NCBI RefSeq assembly: GCF_009914755.1
Contig: NC_060935.1
Length of the DNA stretch: 64,000 nucleotides
Origin: the human T2T-CHM13v2.0 reference genome, Homo sapiens
Direction: 5' to 3' (one strand)
Below are positions 37,271 to 52,169 of the stretch, piece after piece (position 1 is the first letter of the stretch; the number at the start of each line of letters is the position of its first letter). The position numbers and the translations under genes were made by a program. The notes beneath the pieces were generated by a model, which was not told where the DNA came from, ran no database searches, and saw only the letters and a list, made by a program, of their open reading frames with translations.

Positions 37271-40009
37271 GAATAGCCATGCTCATTCTACCTGTCCAAA
37301 AACTTTTATAACACTGTTAGTGTAAGCATTCCCTTAAAACATTTACTGGAAAAAAAATCTGCTGAGTGCCTTGTATATGCTAGACATGGAGTTTAAGGCT
37401 CTTCAATCTTGTAAACCTGTAAGTTTTCTTATAAACTATGGATTTCTAGATTTATGCCTAATACAGCTTTGACACTTTAGTTTATAGGCCAGAAGCTTGG
37501 CATGAAAAACTCTCACAATAGATTTAATAAATTTCAGAATGACTTATTCTGAAATAAGTTTTGCTTATCTTCTGTAAAGATTTTTGTTGTTGTTGTTCTT
37601 CTTCTTGTACCTTCTTTGTCCAGGAAGTTCTAGCTCTTCTGTACTGAGTTCTACAAGAGCCTATACTCATCTGGTAAATCTAAAAGATGTGCAGGTAAGA
37701 ATAACTTAGGATCAGATAGTAAATGTAATTTTCCATTATTATTTGGATAAAAAATTTCATTTCTTCACCTCAATTCCTCTTTCCTACCAATATCTACTGA
37801 ATATTGGATTACTGAAATTTCTATATTGGCTATGTGATTCAGAATACATAAATGAGTGCAGAATGAAGTGAAAGACTAGAAGAAAATAAACAAGTTTAAA
37901 TAATAAATGTGTATATTAGGTGAAGTAGCAGATAGATGGAGAATTGTGCCTGAAGCTGGCAGAAAAGGAGAGATTTTGATATTGGAAATAATGATGCCTT
38001 ATGTGAGGCTGATCAAGTTTGAGTAAGTGACCAGGAATAGGAACATTAAAATGTATTAGAACTGGGGGGAAGAAAGAAGCTTGGTACTCATCTGTCCTTT
38101 ATACAAGCACTAAATTCACTCAGAATGATAGCCGGGCTTGGGATAGACAGAAGTTCTTTATCCAGAAGTTGGCAGTAAACAGTAGTTATAAATGAAGCTA
38201 AAAGATAGAGGGATAACTAGATTCCATGAGTCTAAATTCAGTCAGAGCTTTAATTTTCACATTTTTGTATGTAAGGGTGTGATATATGCCTGGAAGCAGC
38301 GTTGAGTTGCTGACCTCCATCTCTGTGTCCTGTGAAACACGTGATATGGAAGAATAAGAAACTTTACTTGAGAGAGATATGGCGTAGAAATGTCCTTAGG
38401 AGGGAATTGGGTTTCAATTTAAGAAAACAACAGTAAATGGAGTGTTTAGTGAAGCGGTTGAATAAGAAGGGGGGTTTAATCATTAAATAGGAATTATAGA
38501 CAGGGACTCTATATGGTTTGGAAGGGAAAGGTCAGTGGATGAAGCAAAGAGCAATATATAGAAGTAGAATTTACAAATGTGCTACAACTTATGAGATGCT
38601 AGGAAGATTCCATTGATGAATTCTTTCCTCATTTTTCTCTGATACCAAGGAGCAAATGTTCTCCATCCTGTATGAGTGAGGACACTCAAGATGCAAATGC
38701 TGTTGTGAGTATCCCATGGCATACTTAGAGACATGTTTTCTCATAGAAATTGCAGACTCTCTGAGAACATATTTGGTTAAAAATGAGTGGAGAAAGAGCC
38801 TAAGTTTCCTAGAGAGTTCAAGAATGGAGGGGAAAAAACACAAACACAGCAAATAAGAAAGCTAAAGGCACCAGAGGCACATTTCCCTTACTCCAGTTTT
38901 GTCATAGGCTTATCCTGCTCCAGGTTTTGTTCTTTCCAATAGATAAAATTGTCTTAAAAAATAATTTTCTTTCGCCACTTTCTCTCTCACACTGACATCT
39001 ACTATGGCCCGTAGTCTTCCCCTTGAAGGAGCATTGTGCTAAGCCTTGTGAGCACTTAAACTCGTTTTCCATTCCTAAGCTAGCTGTCATTCAGCTTAGT
39101 GAAAACCACAGGGAGATATTTTCTTATATGTGTAGAAACCACAGTATACCTATTTTACTTCATGCTATAATGCTTTAAACTATTCATAGAAAAAAACAGC
39201 CTGATTTCTCTAAGAAGTCTGTGAAAGCGAGTTGGAAAATGTTGCATATTTCACATATGTCTTATGTGTAAATTTTAGTAACTCAATATGGAATGGACAC
39301 TAATGAGGCAGGAGGGTAAGTCTGGGGAGTAAGTGGGTAGGAGTGTGTTCTTCAAGGAAACCTCTCATTTAAACCAATATAGATGCATCCCATTTACAAA
39401 GCAAATTTAAATTCTCTCTTTCCTCAATTACTTTTTATTATTTAGAATAGAAGTATGGTATGAGCAGAGAAAAACAATATGGGAGGAAAAGAGTCTTTTT
39501 GGCCAAGAAAGTGCCAAAAATAGTAAAAGTTATTGAATGAGGGACATTTGAACTATAGTCATATGACAAGTCACTGTGAATGTTACAGAAAATCCTATAA
39601 GGGATTTTCATACCAAAATTGCAGTAAAGATGGCAGAGTTTTAGGACTAAGCTTGAGCATAAACATGGAAGTGCAGAGACTTAAAGAAAAATGACCATGT
39701 GAATAAACCCTAAACATAGTGCCTCCATTATGTAAGCCCTCAACCAACATTTTCTGAGGGAATACCTCCATGAATAAATGAATAAAATGGAATTGTAACT
39801 TTAGGGATGATCAAATCTCCAATGAGATTTGCTGTTGTTATTTGTTTTGTTTTTAATAATAAATACAAACTGAAGACATTCTGTACATGTTGGTCAAGAG
39901 ATCAAGGAAGATGGAAAATATTAAAGATGTTTACAGAAAGTGGTAACTAATGTACAGAGTTTTGAGATAAAGTAATTGTAGAAAAAAGGAGGAAAGAACA
40001 GACTTTTTT

Positions 40010-40820
40010 GTAATCAGTCAGCATATACTGCAGGCTCCATCTGCAAAACATACCTAAAATCTGACCATTTCTCACCAGTATTTATTACCCTGGCCCAAGC
40101 CACCAATACCTGTTAAAATTTTAACAGTTTCTCAAACTGGTTCTGCTTTGTCTGTTACTAAATTTCCCCAACCCAGACCAAACCCATTCCAACCTCCACC
40201 CAGCAAGCAGAATATCCTGTCAAAATAGAAATCTTTTCATATCATTCATCTGCTCAAAACGCTGTTAGTTACCCATTTCTCTGAGTAAATTATGAAATTT
40301 TTTATCATGGTTTACAAATCCCTACACTTACCTCCCACTCCCTGACTATCTCTCTGATCCCAAAAGTCACTTTTTCTCCCTTGCTCACATTGCTTCATCT
40401 ACAATGATCTTCTTGTTGCTTGAAGACACCAGATATCCTCCCAGCATAGTGTCTTTGCTTTGGCCATTTCCTCTGCCTTTAATGCTTTCATTAAAAATAT
40501 CCTCAAAGCTTACTTCTTTCAAATTTTTGCCTAAATGTCACTTTCTCAATACATCCTGCCAGACCACCCTATTTAAAAAGGCAACTACCACTCTACTCTT
40601 TCTGTTACCATTTCCTGCTTTTATCAGGAAAACTTATCTAAAATAATTTATATTTTACTTATTTATTTTATTTATTCTCTGTTTTCCCCCAGTGGAATCT
40701 GTGATAGAATGCAAGCTCTATGAAGGCATGGGTTCTGAACCGTATGCTTCACTGCTATCTTCCCAGTGCCTATGATAGTATAGGTAATAATATTTATTGA
40801 ATGAGGTATGCATGAATGAC
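40010..40820 (+). mobile_element. L2 LINE 3' relic
   Basis: ...aatctgaccatttctcacc...ttcactgctatcttcccagtgcct...aatatttattgaatga. Confidence 0.75.
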
Positions 40821-40849
40821 TGACAAAAAGGAAAATTAAATTATAAATT

Positions 40850-41886
40850 TCCAGGAAATTTGCATAAGTAATGAGGAGCCAAATGTTAATCCCCAAGACA
40901 ATGGGGAAAATGTCTCCAGAGCACGTCAGAGGTCTTCAGGCAGCCCCTTCCATCACAGATCTGGAGGCTTAGGAGGAAAAAGTGGTTTCGTGGGCCAGGC
41001 CTCGGGTCCCTGAGCTGTGTGCAGCCAGGGACTTGGTGCCCTGCATCCCAGCCACTCTAGTTATGGCTGAAATGGGTCAACATAGAACTCAGACTGTGGC
41101 TTCAGAGGATGCAAGCCCCAGGTCTTGGCAGCTTCCATGTGGTGTTGAGCCTGTGGGTACTCAGAAGTCAGGAATTGAGGTTCAGGAACCACCTAGATTT
41201 CAGAAGATGTATGAAAATGTCTGACGTCCAGGCAGAAGTTTGTTGCAGGAGTGGGGCTTTCATGGAGAACCTCTGCTAGGGCAGTGCAGAAGGGAAATGT
41301 GGGGTTGGAGTCCTCACACAGAGTCCTTACTGGGGCACTGCCTAGTGGAGCTGTAAGAAGAGGGCTGCTGTCCTCCAGACGCCAGAATGTAGATCCACTG
41401 ACGACTTGCACTGTGTGCCTGGAAAAGCGGTAGACACTCAACACCAGCCTGTGAAAGCAGCTGAGAGGGAGGCTGTACTCTTCAAAGCCACACAGGTGGA
41501 GCTGCCTAAGACCATGGGAGGTCACCTCTTGCAGTAGCGTGACCTGGATGTGAGACATGAAGTCAAAGGAAGTTTAATATTTGACTGCCCTGGTGGATTT
41601 TGGACTTACATGGGACCTGTCACCCCTTTGTTTTGGCCAATTTCTCCCATCTGGAATGGCTGTATTTACCCAATTCCTGTACACCCGTTGTATCTAGGAA
41701 GTAACTAACTTGCTTTTGATTTTACAAGCACATAGGTGGAAAGGAGTTGCCTTGTCTTGGAAGAGACTTTGGACTGTGCACTTTTGAGTTAATGCTGAAA
41801 TAATTTGAGACTTTAGGGGACTGTCAGGAAGGCATGATTGGTTTTGAAATGTGAAGTTATGAGATTTGGGAGGGGCTGGGGCAGAA
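40850..41886 (+). mobile_element. THE1 (MaLR) internal sequence, 5'-truncated
   Basis: gaaatttgcataagtaatgaggagccaaatgttaatccccaagacaatgggg...ctagggcagtgcagaagggaaatgtggggttggag...gagatttgggaggggctggggcagaa (polypurine tract). Confidence 0.9.
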
Positions 41887-42262
41887 TAATATGGTTTGGC
41901 TCTGTTTCCCCACACAAATTTCATCTTCACTTGTACTCCCATGATTCCCATGTGTTGTGGGAGGGACCTTGTGGGAGATAATTGAATCATGGGGGCAGTT
42001 TCCCCTATACTGTTCTCATGGTAGTGAGTAAGTCTCACAAGAGCTGATGGTTTGATAAGGGGAAACTTGTTTTGCTTGGCTGTCATTCTCTCTTTGCCTG
42101 CTGCCATCCTTGTAAGATGGGACTTGCTTCTCCTTGCCTTCTGCCATGATTGTGAGGCTTCCCCAGCCATGTGGAACTGTAAATCCAATTAAACCTCTTT
42201 CTTTTGTAAATTGCACAGTCTCGGGTATGTCTTTATCAGCAGCATGAAAACGAACTAATACA
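41887..42262 (+). mobile_element. THE1 (B/C/D-like) 3' LTR
   Basis: taatatggtttggctctgtttcccc...cccagccatgtggaactgt...gtctttatcagcagcatgaaaacgaactaataca. Confidence 0.92.
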
Positions 42263-42399
42263 GTTACATGGAAGATACTTATTTTTTTAAGATATTTGCC
42301 TTTCCTTTGCATTGTCACATTCTTCTTAACAAGCCATCCCATCCTTACCTTCACGATGTAGACACTGATTAGACTAAGATGATAATAGTAATTATCAGA

Positions 42400-42797
42400 T
42401 TCACTTGCCACTTTACTCATCAGTTTTAGCCAATGATCATGGGAGAGAGTCTTCTGGAGACTTCTGAGAACGATTTCTTTAGTATTAATAAAACACTGGA
42501 AAACATAGTCTCTTTTTCTGTGGACAGTGGTCTGGATGTGATACCTGACAATGCTCCAACCATATGGCAGGCATGAGAGAAGCTAAGCCAACATTTCAAA
42601 AACTGTGGTCCAGTGATTCAGTGGTAGACTGGAAAGGTCGAAATAAGTAGGTCCTTGAGCCATTGTGTCCTTTGAGCTACTGAATTAGCCTTTTTAGTGT
42701 CAGAAATTCTTTTTATGTGAGATTAATTTGTTATCATTTAAGCCACTTTGAGTTAGGTTATAGACTTTCTGAGGCTGAAATCCTCCTATCTGCTATA
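42400..42797 (+). mobile_element. MLT1 (I/J-like) LTR relic
   Basis: cagttttagccaatga...ttctgagaacgatttc...tttaagccactttgagttaggtt...ctatctgctata. Confidence 0.55.
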
Positions 42798-45700
42798 CTT
42801 GGTTTCATTAGTTTTTCTTCCAAAACTGAGTCTAAGAATTTCTGAAATTGTTATAGCATTTACTTAGGTTTGACTGTTTATAAATACTGTGTGTGTCTCT
42901 CTGTGTGTGTACACATGTGTGTGAGTGTATATATATGATGAATCTAAAGAAGTTACTACTAACAAATACTTTAGTGTTACTTAGATGTTTGTGTTCTTTT
43001 AAATAATGCTCCTTTCTGTATGTACCATTTATATAAAATAAGTGTGAGAGTTAATAAGTTAGATTTGTAAGGAGCAAAAAAGAGAGAGATCGATTGGGTA
43101 AAACAAAGTATTATTTTCTCAATACTCCACACTTAGAGAAAGCCTAAACAATTGGTCCTTATAATCATGGAAGAAACACCCTTGTTCATTTCCTGAAAGC
43201 TATGCTAGTTACAGTCATAACCAGTTACTGTGGGTTTAGTGTTACATTCTTAAACTGATTAGGTCATGGGAAATGATTCAGCTCATAGTACTGAAGCCTT
43301 ATAACTACTCTGAAAACGCTTTTGTTCACATATATTGAAGAATTGGCATGGGCTTATACATATTTAACAAAAATTGTTTGCAATTATCTTTTGTGTAATT
43401 TGAATAAGAAGGTGTCACACACACAAAAAAGAAAATGAACCTCAGTGGGCTTATGTGCTTATTCCTTATTAGTCAGTGACAGATCCATATACAAGTAATC
43501 CTGGCTCAACTCAGTGATGATTTAGGAGTTCTTTCCAGCCACCATCTTCTTTGAGACCAGTTATAGCAAATTTTGGAGCCAGTTTTTATTTGTTAGCTCT
43601 CTCTTTCCCTTTGCCTCCCTGCCTTGAGACAGAATTTTTCTGACTTTAGTTTTTAATCTTGACTTTGCTGTAGTTATTGTATCCACTCCCCCTTTGTACC
43701 AACACAAAGCTTTATAACAGCTTTGAGCACATTCAATTCTGTTCCCATGTTGGTTCCTTGAACACCAGCCAAGACCTCAGCTTTTCGACCTCAGGTGAAA
43801 TTTGGATCAAACATCTACCTCTAGATGATATCTTTAGTGATCACCCAGAAACACAGTTTATAATTTTAAAACATCTTAGGGAAAATATATGAGGTAGAAT
43901 GCTGCACATTGCATCTTATTCTACAGATTTATTGCCACATTCCTTTTGGGACCATCCTAATTTTGGATCTTGGCAGTCATAAAGTGAAGAGAGAAACTAT
44001 GGTGTAATATACTTTTGAATAGCATTCACATTATTATAGAAAAACTTTCCCTATATCATTTAATTTTCTTAACAAACTCAGGAATATAATTATCCCCATT
44101 CAGCAGATAAGGAAACTGGCTCAGAAAGCTTCACAATTTGGTCAAGACCCCATAGCTTGTAAGTCTCAGAAGTGCCACTAGAAACCAGATGTTTTACCTC
44201 CAAATCTCATGCTCTTCATTAACAACTTACTTTTTCTTTATTTCATGCTTAAAAACCCCTTATTTAAATAATCTGATGGCACATTTGAGAGACTGAAAAG
44301 GTCGTACATGAAGTTAATAGTGTATACTTAGTGGAGCTAGGCTTTGAGCACAATATACGCTTATTTTTTAAAAGGTCAAATTTGACTACATAATGGTCAA
44401 GTGGAATAAATCACCCTCTGGGCCCCTTGTTAACATGCAAACAGATTGGCATTTCTCTGGCTGGAGTTTTCCTAGACAGAAATACACCAAAAATCTGAAG
44501 GCTGTAAAAGAGGCATCACTAAGAAGAGCTGACAATCAGTTTCGATGTGTGGGATACAGTGTGATAGCAGAAGACAGACAGGGACGAGATGGTAGAATAT
44601 TTTAACAACTTCAGAGTGTTACAAAGAGAGCTGAAGGAAAGCCCAAGTCAGCCTTCCAAGTCTAATTGATCAGAGGAAAATTCTAGATGAAGGCAGAAGG
44701 GAAGTCATTATGGATCTTTAGGTTAGAGGGAAACAGTGAAGCCAAATTTAAAAAGATCAATATTATGCAGTACTATTGCAAGGTAATTCCTTTCTTCAAT
44801 ATCATCTCTCAACCTTCTATCTATCTATATATGTAAATATATTGGAATGATTTACTAGATATTCCATCAGATCTTGTGGTCTCCGTGCGCAGAAAAACAT
44901 CTTTTGCACAGACTTGAAATGTCAACTTGATTCCTTCAGATAAATCAGATTAAAAACAAAAACTGAGCATGATTAATAGCTCCAGAAACTAATGGCAAAG
45001 TGAAGATAAGCTGCAAAATGATTTGAGAAATTGCCAGGTAACATATTTCACTGTGTTCTGTGAAAATAATGGAAAGGTAAAAGCTGAAAAGTGGGGAAGC
45101 AATGCAAATAAGGAATTAAAAAGTAAAAAATCAGCTGTATTGACTTAGTAATTCTAGGAATTTATTCTAAGGAAACAATTCAACATAAGCTCAAAGGTTT
45201 CTGCACAAAGATTTTTTCCTTCAATGTTATAGAAAACAGAAAAAAAAAAAAACCTCAACAAAAAAGAACAAACCAACCACGGGAGAATAGTTTAATAAAT
45301 TACAGCATAGCAATATTATGGAAATGTGTTAAATTTTGTATTGAGTAAAGCCTTTCATTTAGCTTCTGAAGAATTCCCAAAGGATGTATTTTAATCCTAC
45401 TTATGATGAGAGCTTGTTTTCAGATATGAATCATCATAAGTCATTGCCATTTTATTGTGTACTTTCCTTCAACATTACTATTTGTTACACAATCAATAGA
45501 AATTCAGGAAGATACAGATTTCAAAACCAATCCTAAGGTGCTTTACAAGCTTTATACAACATCCTCAATAGGGAAAACTTTTCAGGGAGGAACAAAATGT
45601 TAACTATAAGAAGGGTCTCCATAGGAAACATTTCATTATGGCATTAATTAAAAGTTGCTAGTTTCTATCTTATAGGACTGAGGAATTTTCAGACAGATAA

Positions 45701-45809
45701 CCTTACTATTTCTAAAGAGAGATAGGTAGTTTTCCAACAGAGATTTTTCCTCACATTTTTATACATGAACAATTGGAAATGCAGTGAAGTCAGATGAAGC
45801 TAGATAATA

Positions 45810-45990
45810 AATGTAATAAGAGCCATCACTTACTGAGCACTTGGAATGTTCCAGACACAATTCTAAGTCCCTGAATTTACTGATTTAATCATTACAACAG
45901 TCTTTTGAGTTAGGTACTATTATTATTCCTACTTTACAAATGAAGAACTAGGACACAGGAGATCAAGTGATTTGCCCAGGTTACTAGAAT
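45810..45990 (-). mobile_element. MIR SINE
   Basis: acttactgagcacttgg...ggtactattattattcctactttacaaatgaagaac...aagtgatttgcccagg. Confidence 0.75.
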
Positions 45991-46841
45991 GGTCAACTGT
46001 GAGGTAAATTGCTTCTCACTAAAATGCTGGCTACAAATAGTAGCTGTGCCATTTGTTAAACCTAGTTCTGTCTTTAAATGGCCTAAGGGATACAGGTAAC
46101 TGTACTATTTTTCAAACCTTATCATTTTTTTTCCCCATAATCTCCTTGGCTTGAGACACTGCCTATGCTTTTACTTGAGCCCTTTCTACCCTTTTGGATA
46201 GGAAGACTGATTCCTCTGTGATACTAACTTTGATTAAAATTTGCACCAGCAACTAAATTTTCTCAGTCTGGGGACTGATGGAGCTTAAACCTCAGTGGTG
46301 CTCGATGGAAGCAGATTTGCTCTAAAGCTGATGGAGTATCAGGGTCCCTCACTCACAGATGCCCCTGGCAAGGCCCTGTTTCTATTTTTGTATTCACATT
46401 TTGTAATCTTTTTCTTAAATAAAGCTCCCCAAGTGGAAGGAACTTTAGGTCTCACAAAGCCTGGATCTACTTGTTTACCAGAGTTTGCCTTTGACCCATA
46501 AGGGAATCATAAACTGTGTTTATGTTCATAGGGTTAGTTATGCTTTCTGAGTTACAATTTCTCCATATATACAATGGAAATATTGAGGATCAGGTAAGAC
46601 AATTCATGTAAAATGCTTGATTTTATAGTTGTTTCATAATGTTCCTTTCATATCTGTCATTTTCTTCTGTACTAATAACTTCTATAACCAGGCAGGCTTC
46701 TCCCAGATAGCTCTGATACAAAATATTTGTCCTGTTTCCTCCACACACCCCCTAATACTTATGAAATAGTGCTTCCTCATACGAGACATAACCAATATAA
46801 TCTCTATTAATTCTTTTAAGTTAATGCATCTTTGATTTTCT

Positions 46842-46889
46842 TACCTCCATCTGGACCTACCTCCATCTGGACCTACTTCCATCTGGATC
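46842..46889. repeat. 16-bp tandem repeat, 3 copies
   Basis: tacctccatctggacc x2 + tacttccatctggatc. Confidence 0.92.
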
Positions 46890-47865
46890 TGTCTGCTCCC
46901 ACATACCCTAATTTACGCTGCTGCGATTTAGGCTGGATTTGAAAATGATGTAGAGACAAATGATGCTCTTCTCTTTACTTGTCTCAGCCTGTCTCCCCTG
47001 TTAATCTGTATCAGGGCCTATTCTCTTCCTTCATACCAATTATTAACAAATTATAATTAAATATCTGCCTGACTACTAGTTTAGTAACTGTCTTTCTCAC
47101 TACACCGTAAAGTTTATGGCTACCTGGGCACGTCTGTTCTTTTAACAAGCATCTAGGATAGGGCCTAGTATAGAGCAGCAACTCAACAAGTGAAATGGTA
47201 AAAGCAGGGACATTTATGAAATGCAAGGCAGTACTATTTATCTAAATCTAACTACATCAAAACTAGCCTCCCCCTTCTATCATACACAGAAGTTCATTCA
47301 CCAGTTCTTGTCTCAACTAATTCATTCCGTTTGCCACCCTCCTTTCTTTCTCTAGCCTTCTTCCTTCACCTTTCTTGCCCTTTTAACCCCTCCTGTCCTA
47401 TCTCAATGCATAAAACTTGTCTTTGTTTTCCTCATTCCTTTGTCTTTGGACAACTTAGAAACAAAAAAAGCTTTCTACATTTTTGCCAAGAAGCTTAGTT
47501 TCCATTTATTTCAGGATGTAAAATAACTGGATTTTCACAAGAACAAGATGAGATGGGGTGGAGGAAGGAGATTGGGATGTTTCTTTTGCCTATATACATG
47601 CGAGGGGTGAAGACTGAAGGGAGGGGAATCATGCTTACTTTTGATAGATGCAGCTGCCCACGAGTGGGAATGACACCCAGGGAGAGAGAAGCAGTTCTGG
47701 AAAGTCCTGGGCATGCAATTACAGGTAGCCAGTGTAAGTTGTGCACTTACATGGCCATCAAAAGAATCATCTCCACTTCATGACACGGGGAGGAGGGAAC
47801 TCAAATCACAAGTCTATGACTAGAGATTACCTTTCCACTGCCTCTATTCTTCATCACATTGTCTT

Positions 47866-48190
47866 TATTTTTATTTCTATTTTTTATTTTTATTTTTTTG
47901 AGACAGAGTCTCGCTCTGTCATCCAGGCTGGAGTGCAGTGGCGTGATCGTGATCTCAGCTCACTGTAAGCTCTGCCTCCTGGGTTCACGCCATTCTCCTG
48001 CCTCAGCCTCCTGAGTAGCTGGGATTACAGGTGCCCACCACCACGCCTGGTTAATTTTTTTTTTGTATTTTTAGTAGAGATGGGGTTTCACCATGTTAGC
48101 CAGGATGGTCTCAATCTCCTGACCTTGTGATCCGCCCGCCTCGGCTTCCCAAAGTGCTGGAATTACAGGCGTGAGTCACCGCGCCCAGCC
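47866..48190 (-). mobile_element. AluY-like with 14-bp TSD
   Basis: Diagnostic gggttcacgccattctcc. TSD catcacattgtctt at 47852-47865 and 48192-48205. Confidence 0.93.
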
Positions 48191-48916
48191 CCATCACATT
48201 GTCTTAAGATTATTATTTTAATAAAGGTAATTATATTTCTCCTGGTATTAGGATAACGTTTTATGTTTAATTATAATCACACATGATTACAACAGATGGA
48301 TTTCCTAATTCTGTCATTTCCAAGCAGATTTCCACACTGCCGAGTGTCTATCACAATAAAGGAAAGTGAGATTACTTTAATTTCACAATGCAAAATATCC
48401 AAAGAAACGTTTACTGATGTTTCTTAAGTACTTAGTATTTGCTAGGTCCTAAGCTAGGAGTTTCATTGTGATCTGTTATAGATATTAGGAATTTATCATG
48501 TCAGAGTGTGATAAGCTAATGCATGAAGTTAAGTAGTATCATCTGTATACATACAAGTATATAAGCATATATAAATATATAGACACAGATACATGTATAT
48601 ACACACATACAATCACACACTTATACATATATAAACATACATATAGATAGATATACCATAGCTCTTCAGATTTGTCTAACTTGACTGGGCTTTAGTTTGC
48701 CTGAGATGGGCAATATATTATGGAAATTAAGTGTACTGGATTTGGAGTTAATTAACATGGATTTTATTCTCAGCAATACCACTTACTAGCTATATTGTTA
48801 TGAATAACTTATATAACTTTTTCTCAAATTTTCTTTTCGCATAATGGAAGAAATACCATGTAATTTACAGGATTGATGTTTTATGTAGATTTTAGCATTT
48901 AATTTCACTAAGACAC

Positions 48917-49299
48917 TTATATGGTTTGGCTCTCTGTCCCCACTCAAATCTCATCTCAAATTGTAATTCTCACATGTCAAGGGAGGGATCTGTAATCCCC
49001 ATGTGTGGAGGAAGGGAGGTGATTGGATCGTGAGGGGGAGTTTCCCCCATGCTCTTCTCATGATAGTGAGTGACTTCTTGTGAGATCTAAAGGTTTTACA
49101 GGGGCTCTTCCCCCTTAGCTTTCTCTTCTCTCTCCTGCTCCCTTGTGAAGAAGGTACCTGCTTAACATTTGGCCATGATTGTAAGTTTCCTGAAGCCTCC
49201 CCAGCCATGTGGAACTGGGAGTCAATTAAACCTCTTTCCTTTATAAATTACCCAATCTCATGTAGTACCTTTATAGAAGGGTGAGAGCAGACTAATACA
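48917..49299 (+). mobile_element. MaLR solo LTR (MSTA/THE1D-like) inserted into a MIR
   Basis: tatggtttggctctctgtccccactcaaatctcatctc...aattaaacctctttcctttataaattaccca...gactaataca. MIR sequence resumes at 49300. Confidence 0.88.
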
Positions 49300-49928
49300 C
49301 TATGAGATATGTACTATTATTATCCCCCTTTCACCGATAAAAATAACTGAGGCACAGAGTGGCTGGGTAGCTTGCTGAAAGTCACACAGTTAGATGAGGC
49401 AAAGCCAGGACTCATATTTGGGCTGTTGAACACTGAGGCTTGTATTGTAGAACACTAGATTAAAGAAAATAACCAAAATTACCAAAGGCATGGCTAAAAA
49501 GGAAAAAACAAACAAACAAAAATCAAGTAGAGGGCAAAGAATAAAGAAGAGAAAGAGGAAGAGCAAGCATACGTAACAGGCACTATACTCAGAGCTTTTT
49601 AAACATTGTTTCAAACATTGTCTCTTTACAACCCTAGGGAGGGGTATTGATGATCCTGTTTAAAAGAGATCTATTGGTCACAAAGTTTATAAATGTTGAT
49701 GTTGGAATTCAAAGCTAGGTTCTTCTGTTTGTAAATGATATACTTAAACATATATTGTGTATTTTCTAGATACCTGGCATAGTACTTGGTTTTCTACTTG
49801 ACATCCAGAAAATACATTTCACAGCCTCTCAACTCAAGGAGCTTAGAATCCAATGGGGATGATAAACATTGGCTGTCATAGACAAACAAATAGAGCACAC
49901 TAAACTCATGGTAAAGATAATAACACCT

Positions 49929-50215
<287 letters not shown>

Positions 50216-50997
50216 GTTAATAACACCTAGGTGTCCTAGAATGAAAAAATAAATCTCCTAGAACTAAAATGGAAAATGCCGTGGTGTAATTTGAACTTAC
50301 CCTGGCCTGAGAGGCACAAGCTTGGCACACTGTGCACAACAACTATTTGTTAACTGCATAAGCGATAAGAGCTGATTAAGTGAAAAGACATGATATTCTT
50401 TATCTGTTACCTTTCTTTCTCACATGGGGCCTTGTAGAGCTGACCGTTTAAGCTTTCTCCTTCAAGCCTAGGAAGAGGGCAGGGTGCAGAATGTGTCATT
50501 GGAAGAAACAAATGGGTGCAAGCTGACTGCCTTGCTTGTGACTGTCACGTTCACCACAAATAAAATAGCAGAAGGTTTCTGAAGGCAGGGACCATGTATG
50601 TATCCCAGTGCCCACAACAGTGAGTGGGGCCTGGCAAGACTCAATAATAAAAAAAGTGCTGAATGAGAGAATAAATAAATGAGAAAGAAAAATATTATTT
50701 CAGGGAAGACATAGAGAAATCAGAGAAGAGGAAAAAAAAAACCCACAACCAGGACCCATACCATCATGTTATCCTTTTTTTTTTTTTTTTGAGGCCTTTC
50801 CTGTCCTCTCTCATCATTATTTCCCTTTTTGTATACCCACAAAGGATCGAGTTATCTATACTTCCTTACTAACATTATTTTTTATGAGTCTGAATTTATT
50901 ATGAAGAGAAAAGTTATCTGGGGGAAGGATGGTATTGTATTCATTTTTATATCTCCAGTGCCTAACCTATCATCTAGCCCATAGCAGATAACATGGT

Positions 50998-51400
50998 TGC
51001 TATAGCTTGAAAATGTCACCAAAAGTTCACGTGTTGAAAACTTAATTGCCGTGTAACAGTATTAAGAGGTGGGACATTTAGGGGTGATTTTGTGAGGGCT
51101 CTGCCCTCACGAATGGATTAATGTTGTTATCATGGGAGTGGGTTAGTTATTGGGAGAGTTGGCTCCTGGTAAAAAGATAAGTTTGTCTCCCATTTGCTCT
51201 CACTCTCTCTCTCTCTCACACACACACATACACATACACATACACATGCTCTCTTGCCCTTCCACCATGGGATGACCCTCCCCAGATGCTGGTGCCATGG
51301 TCTTGGATTTCCCAGTCTTCAGAACTGAGAAATAAATTTCATTTAAATAGTGTTACCCAGTCCGTGGTATTCTCTTATAGCAACACAAAACAGACTAGGA
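50998..51400 (+). mobile_element. MaLR solo LTR (MSTC/MSTD-like) with internal (CT)n(CA)n
   Basis: tgctatagcttgaaaatgtc...gtattaagaggtggg...gagggctctgccctcacgaatggattaatg...tatagcaacacaaaacagacta. Confidence 0.8.
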
Positions 51401-52169
51401 AAATGGTGAAATGGTACCTGTTTATTATGATTGCTTGGGTCATAACATTCACTGAGCAGACAAGCCTTGCTTTCCTGTGACTGACTTCTGGTCACTCTTT
51501 TCTTTCCTAGCCCAGCCTTGTGTTTGCTGTCTGGTTCACATTTTAGACTTTTCTACTCCTTGTATTACGGACTTCCTTCATTTCACAAAGCTTAACTTCA
51601 TTCTCCGTAAATGTGTGCATTGCCTCCTTGTGTCTCCTTGAGTGAAACTCCCCACTAACCTCTGTTTTGGGCTTTCTCCCCACTCCTGTGAGGCTCTGCT
51701 GCCCTCTAGGGGGCCTTGTTCATCACACACTTCTCAGGGCCCAGTTGGATCTGCACTTGGCAATACAGTCCTAGTGTAGGAGTGTCATGACAGTGCTGCA
51801 AAGCCTCAGTGCTCCTTTTCCTGCTCCTACAGTCCCCAGTATAAAATGTGTGGCTATATAATGCAGTTGATTTAGGAACATTAAACTTGGGCATAAGCAA
51901 GCAAGAAGTCTGTCAAGAACTGAAACTCATTACAAGAGGAGGCTGGAAGAGGCTACCACAGGGTCTCAGTGCTCTTGGTACCAACGAAATCCTTGGCTAT
52001 GAGTATCACACCTGCATCTTGATAGTTTGCACATTATATTAAGGTTTGCACTATAGAATCCGGTAGCCAACTAATGAGAATGTTCTATTTGACGAATGAA
52101 CATTGATTTACATCTTTGCCTGGGCCTTTGGGAGACAAAAAACTTCCTCAAAGAGATGGGACCTGAAAT

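Noticed and set aside
40982-42420. ORFs of 80-164 aa as a retroviral gene
   Set aside because: They lie within THE1 internal and LTR sequence and show no gag, pol or env motifs.
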